DNA of 64,000 nucleotides from Takakia lepidozioides (Eukaryota; Plantae; Bryophyta): NCBI GenBank assembly GCA_030704615.1, contig CM060732.1, forward strand, positions 39,060,001 to 39,124,000, in the 5' to 3' direction. The notes below the pieces were generated by a model. The model was not told the DNA's origin and ran no database searches. It worked only from the letters and a program-made list of their open reading frames with translations. Within the stretch, counting starts at the first letter, position 1; each line of letters starts with the position of its first letter. The translations under genes and the position numbers were made by a program. Positions 13,301-25,065 of this stretch are shown piece after piece.

Positions 13301-16300
13301 AGATGAATCAATGTTCCGATGGATTCAGGCAAGCTTTCCAATCTGGTACAAGAAGAGAAATCCAAGTTTTCGAGCTCTTTCAACAGCCCCAAACAATCAA
13401 GCATGGCTTGTATGTTGCAGGAACAACCCTCAAGGCTGAGGACTTTTAACTTCGCGAGATTACCAATGGAGTCTGGCAGGCCTTTGAGTGCTGTACAATT
13501 GACGAGCCTCAGCTGTTCGAGATGAATCAATGCTCCGATGGAATCAGGCAACCTCTCCAAGCTGGTACAAGACTCTAGGTCCAACGTTTTGAGCTCCTTC
13601 AACAGCAAGTAGTCAGGCAAGGCTTGTATGTTGGAACAACCCTTAAGGTCGAGGACTTTTAACTTTGCAAGATTACCAATGGAGTCTGGCAGGCCTTTGA
13701 GTGCTGTACAATTCTTGAGCAACAACTTTTGGAGATGAATCAATGCTCCGATGGAATCAGATAACCTCTCCAAGCTGGTACAAGATTCTAGGTCCAACGT
13801 TTTGAGCTCTTTCAACAGCCCCAAGTAGTCAGGCAAGGCCTGTATGTTGGAACAACCCTGAAGGTTGAGGAATTTTAACTTTGCAAGATTACCAATGGAG
13901 TCTGGCAGGCCTTTGAGTGCTGTACAATTCTTGAGCAACAACTTTTGGAGATGAATCAATGCTCCGATGGAATCGGGCAACCTCTCCAAGCTGGTACAAG
14001 ATTCTAGGTCCAACGTTTTGAGCTCTTTCAACAGCCCCAAGTAGTCAGGCAAGGCTTGTGTGTTGGAACAACCCTGAAGGTTGAGGAATTTTAACTTTGC
14101 AAGATTACCAATGGAGTCTGGCAGGCCTTTGAGTGTTGTACAATTGACGAGCCTCAGTTGTTCGAGATGAATCAATGCTCCGATGGAATCAGGCAACCTC
14201 TCCAAGCTGGTACAAGACTCTAGGTCCAAATCTTCGAGCTCTTTCAACAGCCCCAAACAATCAGGCACGACTTGTATGTTGGAACAACCCCGAAGATTGA
14301 GGATTTTTAACAATGCAAGATTACCAATGGAGTCTGGCAGGCCTTTGAGTGCTGTACAATTCATGAGAAACAATTTTTGGAGATGAACCACTCCTTCGAT
14401 GGACTCAGGCAAGCACTCCAAGCTTGTGCATGATGAGAGGTCCAACTCTTCGAGCTCTTTCAACAGCCCCAAACAATCAGGGAGGGCTTGTATATTGGAA
14501 CAACCCTCGAAGTTGAGGACTTTTAACATTGTAAGCTTAACAATGGAAGTTGGCAAGCCTTTGAGTGTTGTACAATGCTTGACAATCATCTTTTGAAGCA
14601 TCGTTAGCTCTCCAATCGAATGTGGAAGCATTTCAAGTCTCGAACAGCTGGATAGTTCTATCTCCTCCACTTTTTTCATATGAGCCAAAGTGTGTGTTGG
14701 ACCCTTCAAGACAATATCACCAAAACTTATTAGTATCCGCACCTAGTTTTACTCAAAATAATAGATATTGATCCTAGCTCATTTTTTACAACACAACATT
14801 TCAAAGAAGCATACAATCTAAAGTCTACATTTAATATAATATATGATATTCAATTTAAGTAACATGTACCTGATTATTATGATCTTCCTCCCACAACTTT
14901 TGGATGGCACTGTCTCGCACATGAAGCACGCGCAAATTGTTCGCAAAAAAAAGCCCGTGAGGCAAGTAGTCGGACCGCAAATCACACATGCGAAACCATG
15001 TCAAACTCTTTGGAAAAGTAATGGAAGATTCCCATGTGAAATCATGTAAGAAAAGTATTCTTAGTTTTTTCATTGTCTGAAAGCTTTCCATAGCCAATCT
15101 TTTGGAATCTCTCTCCACATTCTCCAAATTTAGTGAAAGCACTTGGACCTTGGATTTGATCTGGACAACACCACAACATACATTCTTGTATTCAACAGGT
15201 AATAACATTCATGACGTCTTCAAATAGAAATTCCAATCATATGGCATCTGAAAAGAATTGAACATGCATTACATTTTGTGTTTCTCTTGTATAATGAATG
15301 TCCATCAAGTTGTTGATTTATAGTCAAGCCTTGAAGTTGTGCATCTCTCAAAATGTGTTAACACTTGGAACAATCAGTTCGCTCCCTCTTCACCCATCAA
15401 ATAAATATTTGAGTCTCGACTTGCATCGTACAAACTTTAACAACAATGGAATAGACAATTCGATTTTTATGAAATCACCTCATTTTCAGTCAGGTCTGTT
15501 GCTTCGTCTTGGGGTACCCAAAAACCACTCCACTTCTCAAGCAAACCATGCTCTGTCATCACAATGTGTCGACCCATGTCTCGTAGATGATCATGCATCA
15601 AGAATCTGCGTTCATAGTCCAACTTCACCAATGCCTTATCTATGAGATTTCGAAGTCCAATCTCTGCAGACCACCTAGATCCTTTCCAGGCTCGTTTAGC
15701 TGTCTCACTTGATTCCCCAAGGAGCACGCAAGCAATGTCAAGGAACATTTTTTTATGATCTTCCTCGAGAGCATCAAAGCTTATTCGCAAGATCTCATAT
15801 AGTTTTTTGTACTCTGGGAGATAAGATTGTTTCTGCAACTTCTCAAGGACTTCTTCCCAAATGCCTTTGTTCTCCTCTCCACTCAATGATGCGCCAATTA
15901 TCTCCAAAATTAACGGAAGCCCACCACAAGCTTTCACAACATCATTTGCAAGCTTTTCAAATTGTTCTTTTGGGTTCGAATTCGAAAAAGCATGCAAATT
16001 GAACAACTTCTTCGAATCTTCCTCACAAAGACCCTCGACATTGTAGATACCACCAAGTTTTAACATCAATCGCTTGTCACGTGATGTCATCACACAACAA
16101 CTCCCATCTCCTAGTTCTCCAAACATCTCTACATCGAACAATAGAGCATCCATTTGAGACCGATCATCAACGTCATCCAACACAATCAAAACCTTCTTCC
16201 CACGTAGGCGTGCCTTCAATATTTCTTTTCCTCGAGATACATAATTCATCCTTAAATCTGTATTTTTGGATATGTCATCGTGCAATTGCTTTTGCATGTT

Positions 16301-19291
16301 GGTGACCCCATCAGGCTGCTTAGCTCTCTCCTTGATGTCCGCCACAAAACTAGCCGCCTCAAAACCCGTAAAAATATTATTGTATATTTCTTTTGCTAAT
16401 GTCGTCTTGCCCACTCCACCTGTGCCCCATATGCCAAATGTCATAACTCCTGGACCAAGCTGCAGACTTTGGATTACAATTTTTGCTCTTTCCTTAAGCC
16501 CGACAGGGTGTTTGGCAGTTCCAAATGGTAATATGTTCAAAACTTCTTCAACTTTCTTCACCACTTTCTTCACCACACTCACTTCAGACCTGCACATCAA
16601 GGGCATTGATAAGGCTACATAAGGCAGTGCCCCATAAGCATCTCATCAAGAATTGCTTCTAAGAACTAGTAATTTTCAATCAGTTATCCAAAGGCAAAAG
16701 CAAGCTTCCAAGGAGCTCCAACATCTACACCACAATCAGCACCACACTTTGTGATCTAAGAGTGCAACAAACAACTTTTTATGCAAAGCTCATAGTGCCA
16801 AGGGGCTTTGCCATTAAAGTGATGTTGATCCACTAAAAGATCTCGTCAGAAAACAAACAATTATAACTATCATGAAATTTATATGAAATATCCTAAATCA
16901 TATAATTAAAGTCCCACTTCTACATTTGCATGCACGATTCTTTCCTAGGAGATAAAAAGAATGAGGAAATAGAGAGTGGCTGTAATATCTTTACGAATAT
17001 GGAGATATATCCATACTTACACTTAAAGGTAGCCAAATAAGAAACATTGAGCAGATCTAATCTAAGGTTATTATAGAGGAATTTTCAGATGAGCAAACAA
17101 AAAACAATTAGAGAAACAGCAACAAAAAAGTAATAGAAAAAAAAAAAAAAAAAAAAAGAAAAAAGAAGCATGTACAAAAAAGACACCAACCATAACAAAA
17201 CAATGAATATGGATTCATATGAACCCTGAACTAAGAATTGTAGTATATAGACTTGGTGACTGCCTCTCACACATCCATGGACCAAGCAAACAATGAACAC
17301 GTATGGAAGTATCAGGCCACCATCATTTTCTCTCCAAGAGAAAGTAAGTGCAATGACCTGACGGTACAAGAACGCACGACAAATCCTTAAAACCGACAAG
17401 AGAAGAAAACGATATCCCCATGCAGCCCCTCGTTGTTGACAAAGGCCTCCACAACTTCAAGGGTAGAGTCATAAAAGGAAGACAGCAAGGTAGGAGCAAT
17501 TGGGAAATGAATGCTCCTAAAAGTCAAAATTATGAAAGAGACGTGTTCTCAGGAGTGGGAGGGAGGTGGGAAATCAAGTAAATCATCATCATGCTAAATA
17601 TACATGAGTAATCAAGCAAACTTTGCACACCCTACCCATCTGCAAGTTCCACTCCCATGCGATGTGATGCTTGAGTGAGTGCTTCCTTCCACTTTGTCAC
17701 TTCTTCATCAGTGTGCCGCTGTCTTAGTTTCTCAAGCCCAGCCCTTAAACAACCGTTATCTGCCCAGCGTACATCGCTGGGTGTCACATCATAGAAGATG
17801 GGCAAGATGACATTGTCATGGCTTTTCAACATGAGGCATAGCTCATCCAGGCACCACTTGGACTCCGTATAACCCTTACTGAACACCGGTATGCAGATAC
17901 GAGCACTGCGGATAGCATGATCGATGGACTCCCATGGACTCTCTCCCAAACCAATATCTTTGGCGTCGAGGAACGGTTTAAACCCAGCAGTGCGCAGCGC
18001 CTCATCCAAGTGGCCCACGAAAGTCTTCTTTACGTCCGGCCCTCTATGACTGATAAACACATCATACCTCTCCACGGGACCTGCACATAGAAGAACAGAA
18101 CCTTTTCCTGCACAAAGTGAATGCCTCAGAGGATGATGTTGACTTGCAAAAGGGTCAGTTTAATCTGACCTTAACTCAAGGGGATTTTCCAGCAGCCATG
18201 ACAAGAAAACAATGCCCAAGTAAATGGCCATGCCTGAGCATACAAACCAAAAAATGGTGAGGCTCCTGGGGATGAGCGAAAAGGTATTTACCAAGCCACC
18301 AGTTCCCTCACCCCTGACTCTCTTTCTATCTTTCATACCTCAGATACGTACCAATTGTGACACTATTTAGGTGTGTGACTCTTAGTGCACATCACCTGCG
18401 GAATCACATGTACCGATCAACACCAGTATTGTAATACCAGTGTTAGACCTTCAAGCTGGCGTCCATGGACTTCTAAAACAGATTAAACTTTTCTCATCTC
18501 CAGCAGGTAACTCCCACTTTCAGTCGTCTTGCACCCAGCTTACTCACCTACGTCGTTTCTTCCAGTTCTCTTGCATTCCCATGTCATCATGTTTACCACG
18601 GATAGTTCCTAAACTTAACACCAGAACAGTGCCTCTTCATTCAGATCGGGTGTGGTGCGAACTACTCCCCAAACTTCAAACAAGTTGGCGCAAGGTGAGA
18701 AGGACTTATGCTCATCAAGTCCCGCCAAATTTCCACCACTTCTGGGAGGTGCGGAATGTTCACAAAAGAAGCTCGCGGCGGTGGGCTATCGTCTGATAAC
18801 CCCTACTAATTGTCAATCCCACCCAAGGAGGCCAGCGGAGTAGCTCTCTCAATGGAGGAAAGAAAGCTGACAGCGTTACCTCTGGGGGTTCGGTTGCCGC
18901 GGTTGATATCCACTGAGTCATCCTCGGCAGCCCGTTCATGTGGATCCTGAGAGCTGGAAGCAAGCGTGGACCTTTGAGCAGATGCAGAGCTGATATCCAC
19001 TGAGTCATCCTCGGCAGCCCGTTCATGTGGATCCTGAGAGCTGGAAGCAAGCGTGGACCTTTGAGCAGATGCAGCGCTGATATCCACTGAGTCATCCTCG
19101 GTAGCCCGTTCATGTGGACCCTGAGAACTGGAAGCAAGCGTGGACCTTTGAGCAGATGCAGCACTGGATTTCGACCAGAGAGGAGGCAGCCACTGCACGG
19201 CACAGCGAACATAGCACACACCAACAATCGCAAGCGCCGCCCAGGTAGCCCATCCTACATTTTGACTCTTCCACTGTACGCTCCAATTCAT
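10351..19291 (-). CDS. TIR-NB-ARC-LRR (TNL) immune receptor with N-terminal extension; 3' end disrupted (possible pseudogene)
   Basis: Predicted exons with phase-compatible GT-AG junctions: 19291-18880; 18080-17636 (TIR: YDVFISHRGPDVKKTF, SKWCLDEL); 16589-15479 (P-loop GTGGVGKTT, LIVLDDVD, GGLPL, FLDIAC, MHD); 15160-14870; 14742 to about 10650 (LRRs); and a further exon from about 10545 to 10351. Frameshifts occur near 11008 and 10717. Confidence 0.93.
10720..14680 (-). repeat. LRR-coding tandem array: 72-bp LRRs grouped in 216-bp triplets, about 55 LRRs
   Basis: The recurring triplet is LKELKTLDLESCTSLERLPDSIGA / LIHLQKLLLKNCTALKGLPDSIGN / LAKLKVLNLKGCSNIQALPDYLGL. Confidence 0.95.
18905..19165 (-). 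repeat. Three 87-bp tandem repeats (29 aa, SAASAQRSTLASSSQDPHERAAEDDSVDI) in the first TNL exon
   Basis: GATATCCACTGAGTCATCCTCGG recurs at 18905, 18992 and 19079. Confidence 0.9.
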
Positions 19292-20221
19292 GTTCACCCT
19301 CGATCGGCTTCCGATGCAGCACCAACCTTCATCCACCACAAGCTGCATGCCATGCCATGACTTCACACTCTCAAGAACCCACTACCTCTTTCAGAATATG
19401 AAATCCCACAGACATCAATACATGTCGGAAAGACCTCATACCGCATGTACAAGCATCCCCAGCCATTGGAATGGCGTTGTGCGGCATAGTGAGGAGACGA
19501 TGCAAGGGCGTCCATGGCAGCGAGCACGCAAGAAGAAGCAAGTAGCACTGAAGACACAGGATCGCGGTGAGGATCAGAAGGACCCAACACGACTGCCTCG
19601 CTCCCTCTCTCTTCCCAGTATTCATCCAGAAATATGGATGAACAATCCGCTCATGGATGTTGGTTAACCTTCCCCTTAAACATAAAGCACTTTGAAATAT
19701 TTCTCTTTGTTATTATCTGCTCCCCCAAAGTAGATTGGCTCGCTTGGCGCAGTGACAGACTTTCTTCTTTTCAACAAAAGCTGGAAGAACACACAGGAAA
19801 GGGAGCAGTGAGTTGAGAATGAAAAGAAGCGCCTGGTCGAAAAGATTCGAAAGGTGGAAAGAAATCTTTCACATGCTTTACAAGGGAAGGTCCCACACAA
19901 GGGCGGTGCCAGAAAATCGAGGAATGCCCCCACACCAGGGCCACGAGTGGCGCAATCAAGTCGCACCAGCTCTCCTCACTCATATCCACAATCGTGGGTA
20001 TCTAAACATGCTCTCCTGGTCTTTTTCCATGTCCAAAGTACTCTGATAAGCAGTGCACTACTGCTCAATTGACTCATATGCACCGAATCTCTTGTTGCTG
20101 TGTACATGAATCCATCAAATTGTATATATATTTACATTTGACGCCTCCCCAAGGAAGCGTAAATTATGGTGTCTCTTCACCCCCAAGGGTTACTGCCTTC
20201 CGCTAGGAAGGTGGACACCTT

Positions 20222-20292
20222 TGTGACACAATTGGTGGATTGAACCCACAACCACTTTCAAGGTGGTGTGTGCCCATTACCATTGGGCTACA
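20222..20292 (-). other. Degenerate tRNA-like or SINE-head remnant
   Basis: The minus strand has an A-box-like TAGCCCAATGGT and a B-box-like GGGTTCAATCC at tRNA spacing, but no convincing full cloverleaf. Confidence 0.3.
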
Positions 20293-22544
20293 ACTTGAAT
20301 CCATCAAACAACCTTCAAAAGAGGTGGAAAAAGAATAGACGGTAGAATGTCATGGCAGGGCCATGCTTTCGGCACAACAGAGCTGGAAACAGTGGAAGGC
20401 AGGACAAGAAGAAAGAAGGTGGGGCCCAACCATCCCCCAAGGCTCACTTCAGAAGTGAGATTTTTTTAAGCTGTTCTGATTTCCGTACAATAGATTTTCA
20501 TCAGTTTGTTTCAAAATGTTCACTGCACCATGAAAGAAAGAAAGAAATTCTACACTATCCATGGGAAGCTAAGAGAGTTTATAGGACAAAGGAAGTTGGA
20601 TACAAGGACAGTGGGGCCCACTACAAGCAGCCCAAAAACTACACTGGAACTTCAAGAAATTCCTTAAGGTAGAGGCATCTTCTGATCCTTGCAAAGAAAC
20701 ACATCTGTGTCAGATTGGCTATAGCTACATAGGTAGTAGTAGTGGGACAGTGAGAAAAGAAATGCTCAGTCTCCATCTCCTGAAGCCAGGCAGAGTTGTC
20801 CAGCATGCTGTACCTATCCCATCTCCTAGTCTCTATCCTCATACTTTGTAAGCCCACATTAGGAGATGGAGAGAGAGGCACAATCCAATACTTAGGCCAT
20901 AAGATTCTATCCTTGGGAGAAGAAGGAAGGCAAATTGATAGAGCTGCAGTTATGTGGTAAGGGGAGTCAGTGATTTCTCAGTTATCTCCCGCTGACATGG
21001 AGTTGAAACTCATGTCTAATGAGTCACAGGGGGGGAGCCCTCTTTGATCTCAACTTCCCCCCACCAGGTACAAACTTCTCAGCTCCAGGGTCATGACACC
21101 TCTTTGCTCTCAAGTTCCGCCCACAAACTCCTCCATTACCATCTCCACCATTTGCACTTCAGGTTTGAATGCATGAGGTACCTTACTTATGGAAGGACCC
21201 ATAACTTTCCTTTGGAGGGATGACGACTTGTGCAAAATCTGACCGTATACAACTCCAAGTAGGACCCTTAAGTATGCCCTGAGTTTACCTACAACTCCTC
21301 ATATATGGCCATCTGAGAACCCTAAACTAGCTGACAGAGGGAGACGAGAGAGTGTGTGAATGCAAACATGTGGCCTAAGGGGCAAAGCACTCCGCATTGC
21401 ATGTACTGCAATACTGGGTGTCATAAACTGGGCCGTCGAAATACCTACCCGGTACAGCAGCCGAAACTAATTGCGGGCCCATTAATGCATCTAAAGAGCA
21501 GGTAATGGAACCCTTTACGCTGAATTAATTATCGCCTAAACGGTTGTCCAGGGATAGTAGGCCCCAAGGGATTCAACGCTCAATTCTTGTGGACCTGAGC
21601 ATGTTTTGAGTTTATGAATGAAAAGGTGGCCAGAGGTGCAGATATTCCAGTCAAGGGTAAGAAAAGCTCGACTGAGAGCATCCCCATTCTACGCCTCTAT
21701 GGACCCCTGCACCCGTACTTCTCGTATACAGGTTCAAAATCACCGCCAAATGTACCACACCCTTGCCCCCCTACCATATACGCCGTTCAGGGCGGGCACT
21801 GAACCGCCTCTCTTTCACCGAATCCGTGCACAATATTCAGTCCCTGAAATAACCCAGAGATGAGGGGCAATGAAAGAAGCTTTGTACTAAGCATGTCCCA
21901 CAGCTCAGAATGAAAAGATGTGCTAAAATGAATGTGTCAGGCTTGGCGGTTCCCAGAGCTGCATGATGTATTATTTCTCTAGCATTGCCCAGAGACGGCC
22001 AGTGAAATCATTACATTGTGTAGAGTGGCCCATGCTACTGGGGCCACTTGAAGATGTTCACGTCTTTCTTGATGTGTTACTAACTCCTCTCTACCTCCAT
22101 CTCCACCCAATGGAGTATGGCTTAAATGTCCATAAATAAAATAACCCTCACTGTTACAATGCAAATACATTTGCCCCTCAACTCAAGAACTACGGACCTT
22201 GGCGCGCAGTGCCAGGCCGTTCCTAAACGCCCGGCGGGGCGTCCGCGCGACGTAGTTTTCTAACGCAGGAGAACCTGCGTTATGCAGATGGAAGTGCGTT
22301 CCTTGAAAGCTGCAACCTGTTAGGGCGCCACCAATGTGGGAAGGCGCCATGAGAGCAAGAAAATGAGGAAATAACATTATACTGACGTCACCCTTTGCCT
22401 TGTTGGATCTTAACAACCAATACATGCTGTTGAAACTGGGTCCCACCAAGGAGCCACCAAGGAAGGATGGGGCTTGTGTGGCCGCTCCCCTTGCAACGTT
22501 GGGAAGGAAGACATTGTTTTTCAACGTGCGTCCTGGCTATCAGC

Positions 22545-23168
22545 CTCTGAATTTTGTGTGGCCTCATCGTAATGAGGCCGCACCGTGCAGAGGGGACAGG
22601 GACTTGAGAGCGGGCCTGCTACATTAAAACGATCCCAATTCCTCTGGTTCTCTTATATATAAACAAAACTACGATTTGTTGGCAAGGTGGAGGTTGTGGT
22701 CTGGTAGTAGTAGGTCGGAGATGTAGCGATGTAGGTATTGGGTTCCATTCCCTGAACGTGGTTCCGGTGGCAGGCACTGACTACAACTACCTCCTCCGTC
22801 CACGTATGTAACTACTCTCATGCAGCTAGTTTCAGCTTGGTTGTGCAACTACCTTCATGTAGAAAATCCTAAAACTACCTGCATAGAGGTAGTTGTAAAT
22901 TTCATAGCTGTTTCAGCTTGGTTTTGCAACTACCCTCATGTAGAAAATCCTAAAACTACCTTCATGAAGGTAGTTGTAAATTTCATATGCTGTTTCAGCT
23001 CGGTTTTGCATCCACCTTCATGTAGAAAGTCCTAAAATTACCTGCATGGAGGTAGTTGTAAATCTCATATGCCAAAAAAATTCTTAGTCCTCGACGCACG
23101 AAGGTAGTTTGCTCCTATATTAATGCTCTGACCAGCCTCATTATGACGAGGCCACACAAAATTCCGAG
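22545..23168. mobile_element. Non-autonomous mini TIR element related to the 29.4-38.8 kb Mutator-like element
   Basis: Its inverted ends CTC.GAATTTTGTGTGGCCTC.TC.TAATGAGG match the large element's TIR core. Internally there are three ~81-bp repeats carrying AACTACCT-N6-AGGTAGTT dyads. No TSD was identified. Confidence 0.7.
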
Positions 23169-23883
23169 CCCATCATTATCTGTCGTAAAAACCTTCTGAT
23201 TATTTGGCTTTCTTCCCTGACAGGAATTTTCCCTCGCACGTGATTACAGGTTTTTGTCCCGGGACGGGGCTGTAATCCCAGATTATGGAATCTGTCCCCC
23301 CATTCTTTATGGATCTATTTTGGGCAGACGATTTTCAAACTTGGGCAGCGATCTACAATGACGTGACAATGAAACCCTAGTGGCAACGCAGAGGAGAAAC
23401 GGGCAGTCTCGAAAACGGGCAGATTCGTTTTCAACGAAAGGTAAAGCCCTCGCCCTTGGACTTTCCGGGATTTTCGACCCCTGGCCTCGGGCTCCGGTCA
23501 TTTTAGTGACTAAAATGAAATAAATAAATACAAGGGTTGGTCATTTTAGTCTGTGAAGAGACTCGTGAATCCCGGGTATGACAGGAGGATGACGAGAACG
23601 ATGACGGCGGTACTCTTGTGCTGCCCGACCGGCGGCCTCTTCAAATGGATAACGACAATTGTGTCGGACTCTCGGAGGTAACGGTGAGAGCATTGATGAT
23701 GTTGACGAGACTGGGAGTATTGAGGATGTCACTAGGCTACCGACAGATTGCGTTGTTTCGTGAATGCACTGCGTACTGACTGCACGGCACTCGTGTTTCT
23801 TATGGGCGATAGCACAGGAAATTTGGAGAGGACAGTCAAGTGTGAGGCGTCAGGCTGCAGGTGCCTGACAGAAGCTAGCGTCC

Positions 23884-25065
23884 ATGAAGGTGGCTGTGGC
23901 ACTATCCTTTTTGTTGGGATGGACACGGTTGCAGCTGGCTATGGCGGGGACGTTGGAAACGGGCAGCCTGCTGCAGACGCCCTTACTGGTACGCATGGCA
24001 GACACAGCGCTGGAGATCTGGAACTCGTCGGGGCCTGGAGGTGAGGTGTGGAATTACGAGCGCGGCGTGCTGCTGTATGGCATGGAGGCGGTGTGGCGGA
24101 GGACAGGTGACGACAAGTACTTGCGGTTCATACAGCGCAGAACGGATGCGTTCGTGTCGGAGATTGGATCCATTCCGAGCTACAAGCTCAAGGAATACAG
24201 CCTCGACAACATTCGGTCGGGCGTGAATCTGCTGTTTCTGTACAAGCAGACGGGATTGGAGAGGTATCGCAAGGCCGCAGATTTGTTGCGAGAGCAGCTG
24301 AGAACTCATCCGCGGTTGTCTGAAGGTGGGTACTGGCACAAGCTCATCTATCCTTACCAGATGTGGCTGGATGGTCTGTTCATGGCGGAGCCTTTCCGCG
24401 CTGAGTACGCATTGACATTCAACGAGCCGGAGGAGTTCGAGGACATTGCGATGCAGTTCATCTGGATGGAGAAGGACGCACGCGACAGCAAGACGGGGCT
24501 GCTCTACCACGGATACGATGAATCCAGGCAGCAGGCCTGGGCCGATCCCGTGACGGGCAGATCGCCGATCTTCTGGGGCCGCGCTTTGGGATGGTATGCC
24601 ATGGCCATTGTGGATACCTTGGACTTCTTCCCCGAGGATCATCCCAGGCGACTCGACCTCGTCAAGATCCTGCAGCGCCTTGCTGTGGCGATCAAGGACG
24701 TGCAGGATCCTGAGTCGGCCCTCTGGTGGCAGGTTCTGGATCAAGGTGGGCGGGCGGGGAATTACCTGGAATCGTCTGCATCTTGTATGTTCGTGTACGC
24801 CCTGGCCAAAGGTGTGCGCAAGGGATACTTGTCACCTCGCTATCTCCTCGTCTCCGAGAACGGTTTCAAGGGAATCAAGTCGGAGTTTATTGAGGCAAGG
24901 TCGGATGGAGGTGTCAATCTCACCCAGACAGTTACTGGGACAGGACTTGGAGGAAATCCTTACCACAATGGAACGTATCAGTACTACATCAGTGTGAAGG
25001 TGGCGACCAACGATGCTAAAGGTGTTGGCCCGTTCCTGCTGGCCAGCACCGAGCTGTCGCGATGA
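23884..25065 (+). CDS. Secreted glycoside hydrolase family 105 (unsaturated rhamnogalacturonyl hydrolase, YteR/YesR-like), intronless
   Basis: Intact 393-aa ORF with an N-terminal signal-like segment. Motifs: WNYERGVLL, SLDNIRSG, GGYWHK..YPYQMWLDGLFMA, TGLLYHGYDES, FWGRALGWYAMA, GNYLESSASCMFVYALAKG. Confidence 0.92.
   Translation: MKVAVALSFLLGWTRLQLAMAGTLETGSLLQTPLLVRMADTALEIWNSSGPGGEVWNYERGVLLYGMEAVWRRTGDDKYLRFIQRRTDAFVSEIGSIPSYKLKEYSLDNIRSGVNLLFLYKQTGLERYRKAADLLREQLRTHPRLSEGGYWHKLIYPYQMWLDGLFMAEPFRAEYALTFNEPEEFEDIAMQFIWMEKDARDSKTGLLYHGYDESRQQAWADPVTGRSPIFWGRALGWYAMAIVDTLDFFPEDHPRRLDLVKILQRLAVAIKDVQDPESALWWQVLDQGGRAGNYLESSASCMFVYALAKGVRKGYLSPRYLLVSENGFKGIKSEFIEARSDGGVNLTQTVTGTGLGGNPYHNGTYQYYISVKVATNDAKGVGPFLLASTELSR

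Noticed and set aside
19400-22500. Genes or retroelement remnants between the TNL and the mini element
   Set aside because: Only short ORFs with no recognisable motifs or consistent splice structure.
23983-24744. 253-aa antisense ORF
   Set aside because: It is a shadow of the GC-rich GH105 coding strand.
23884-25065. Bacterial contaminant contig joined into the assembly
   Set aside because: There are no neighbouring bacterial genes or operon structure, and the flanks are plant-type repeats and a PPR remnant. Read-level confirmation is still needed.
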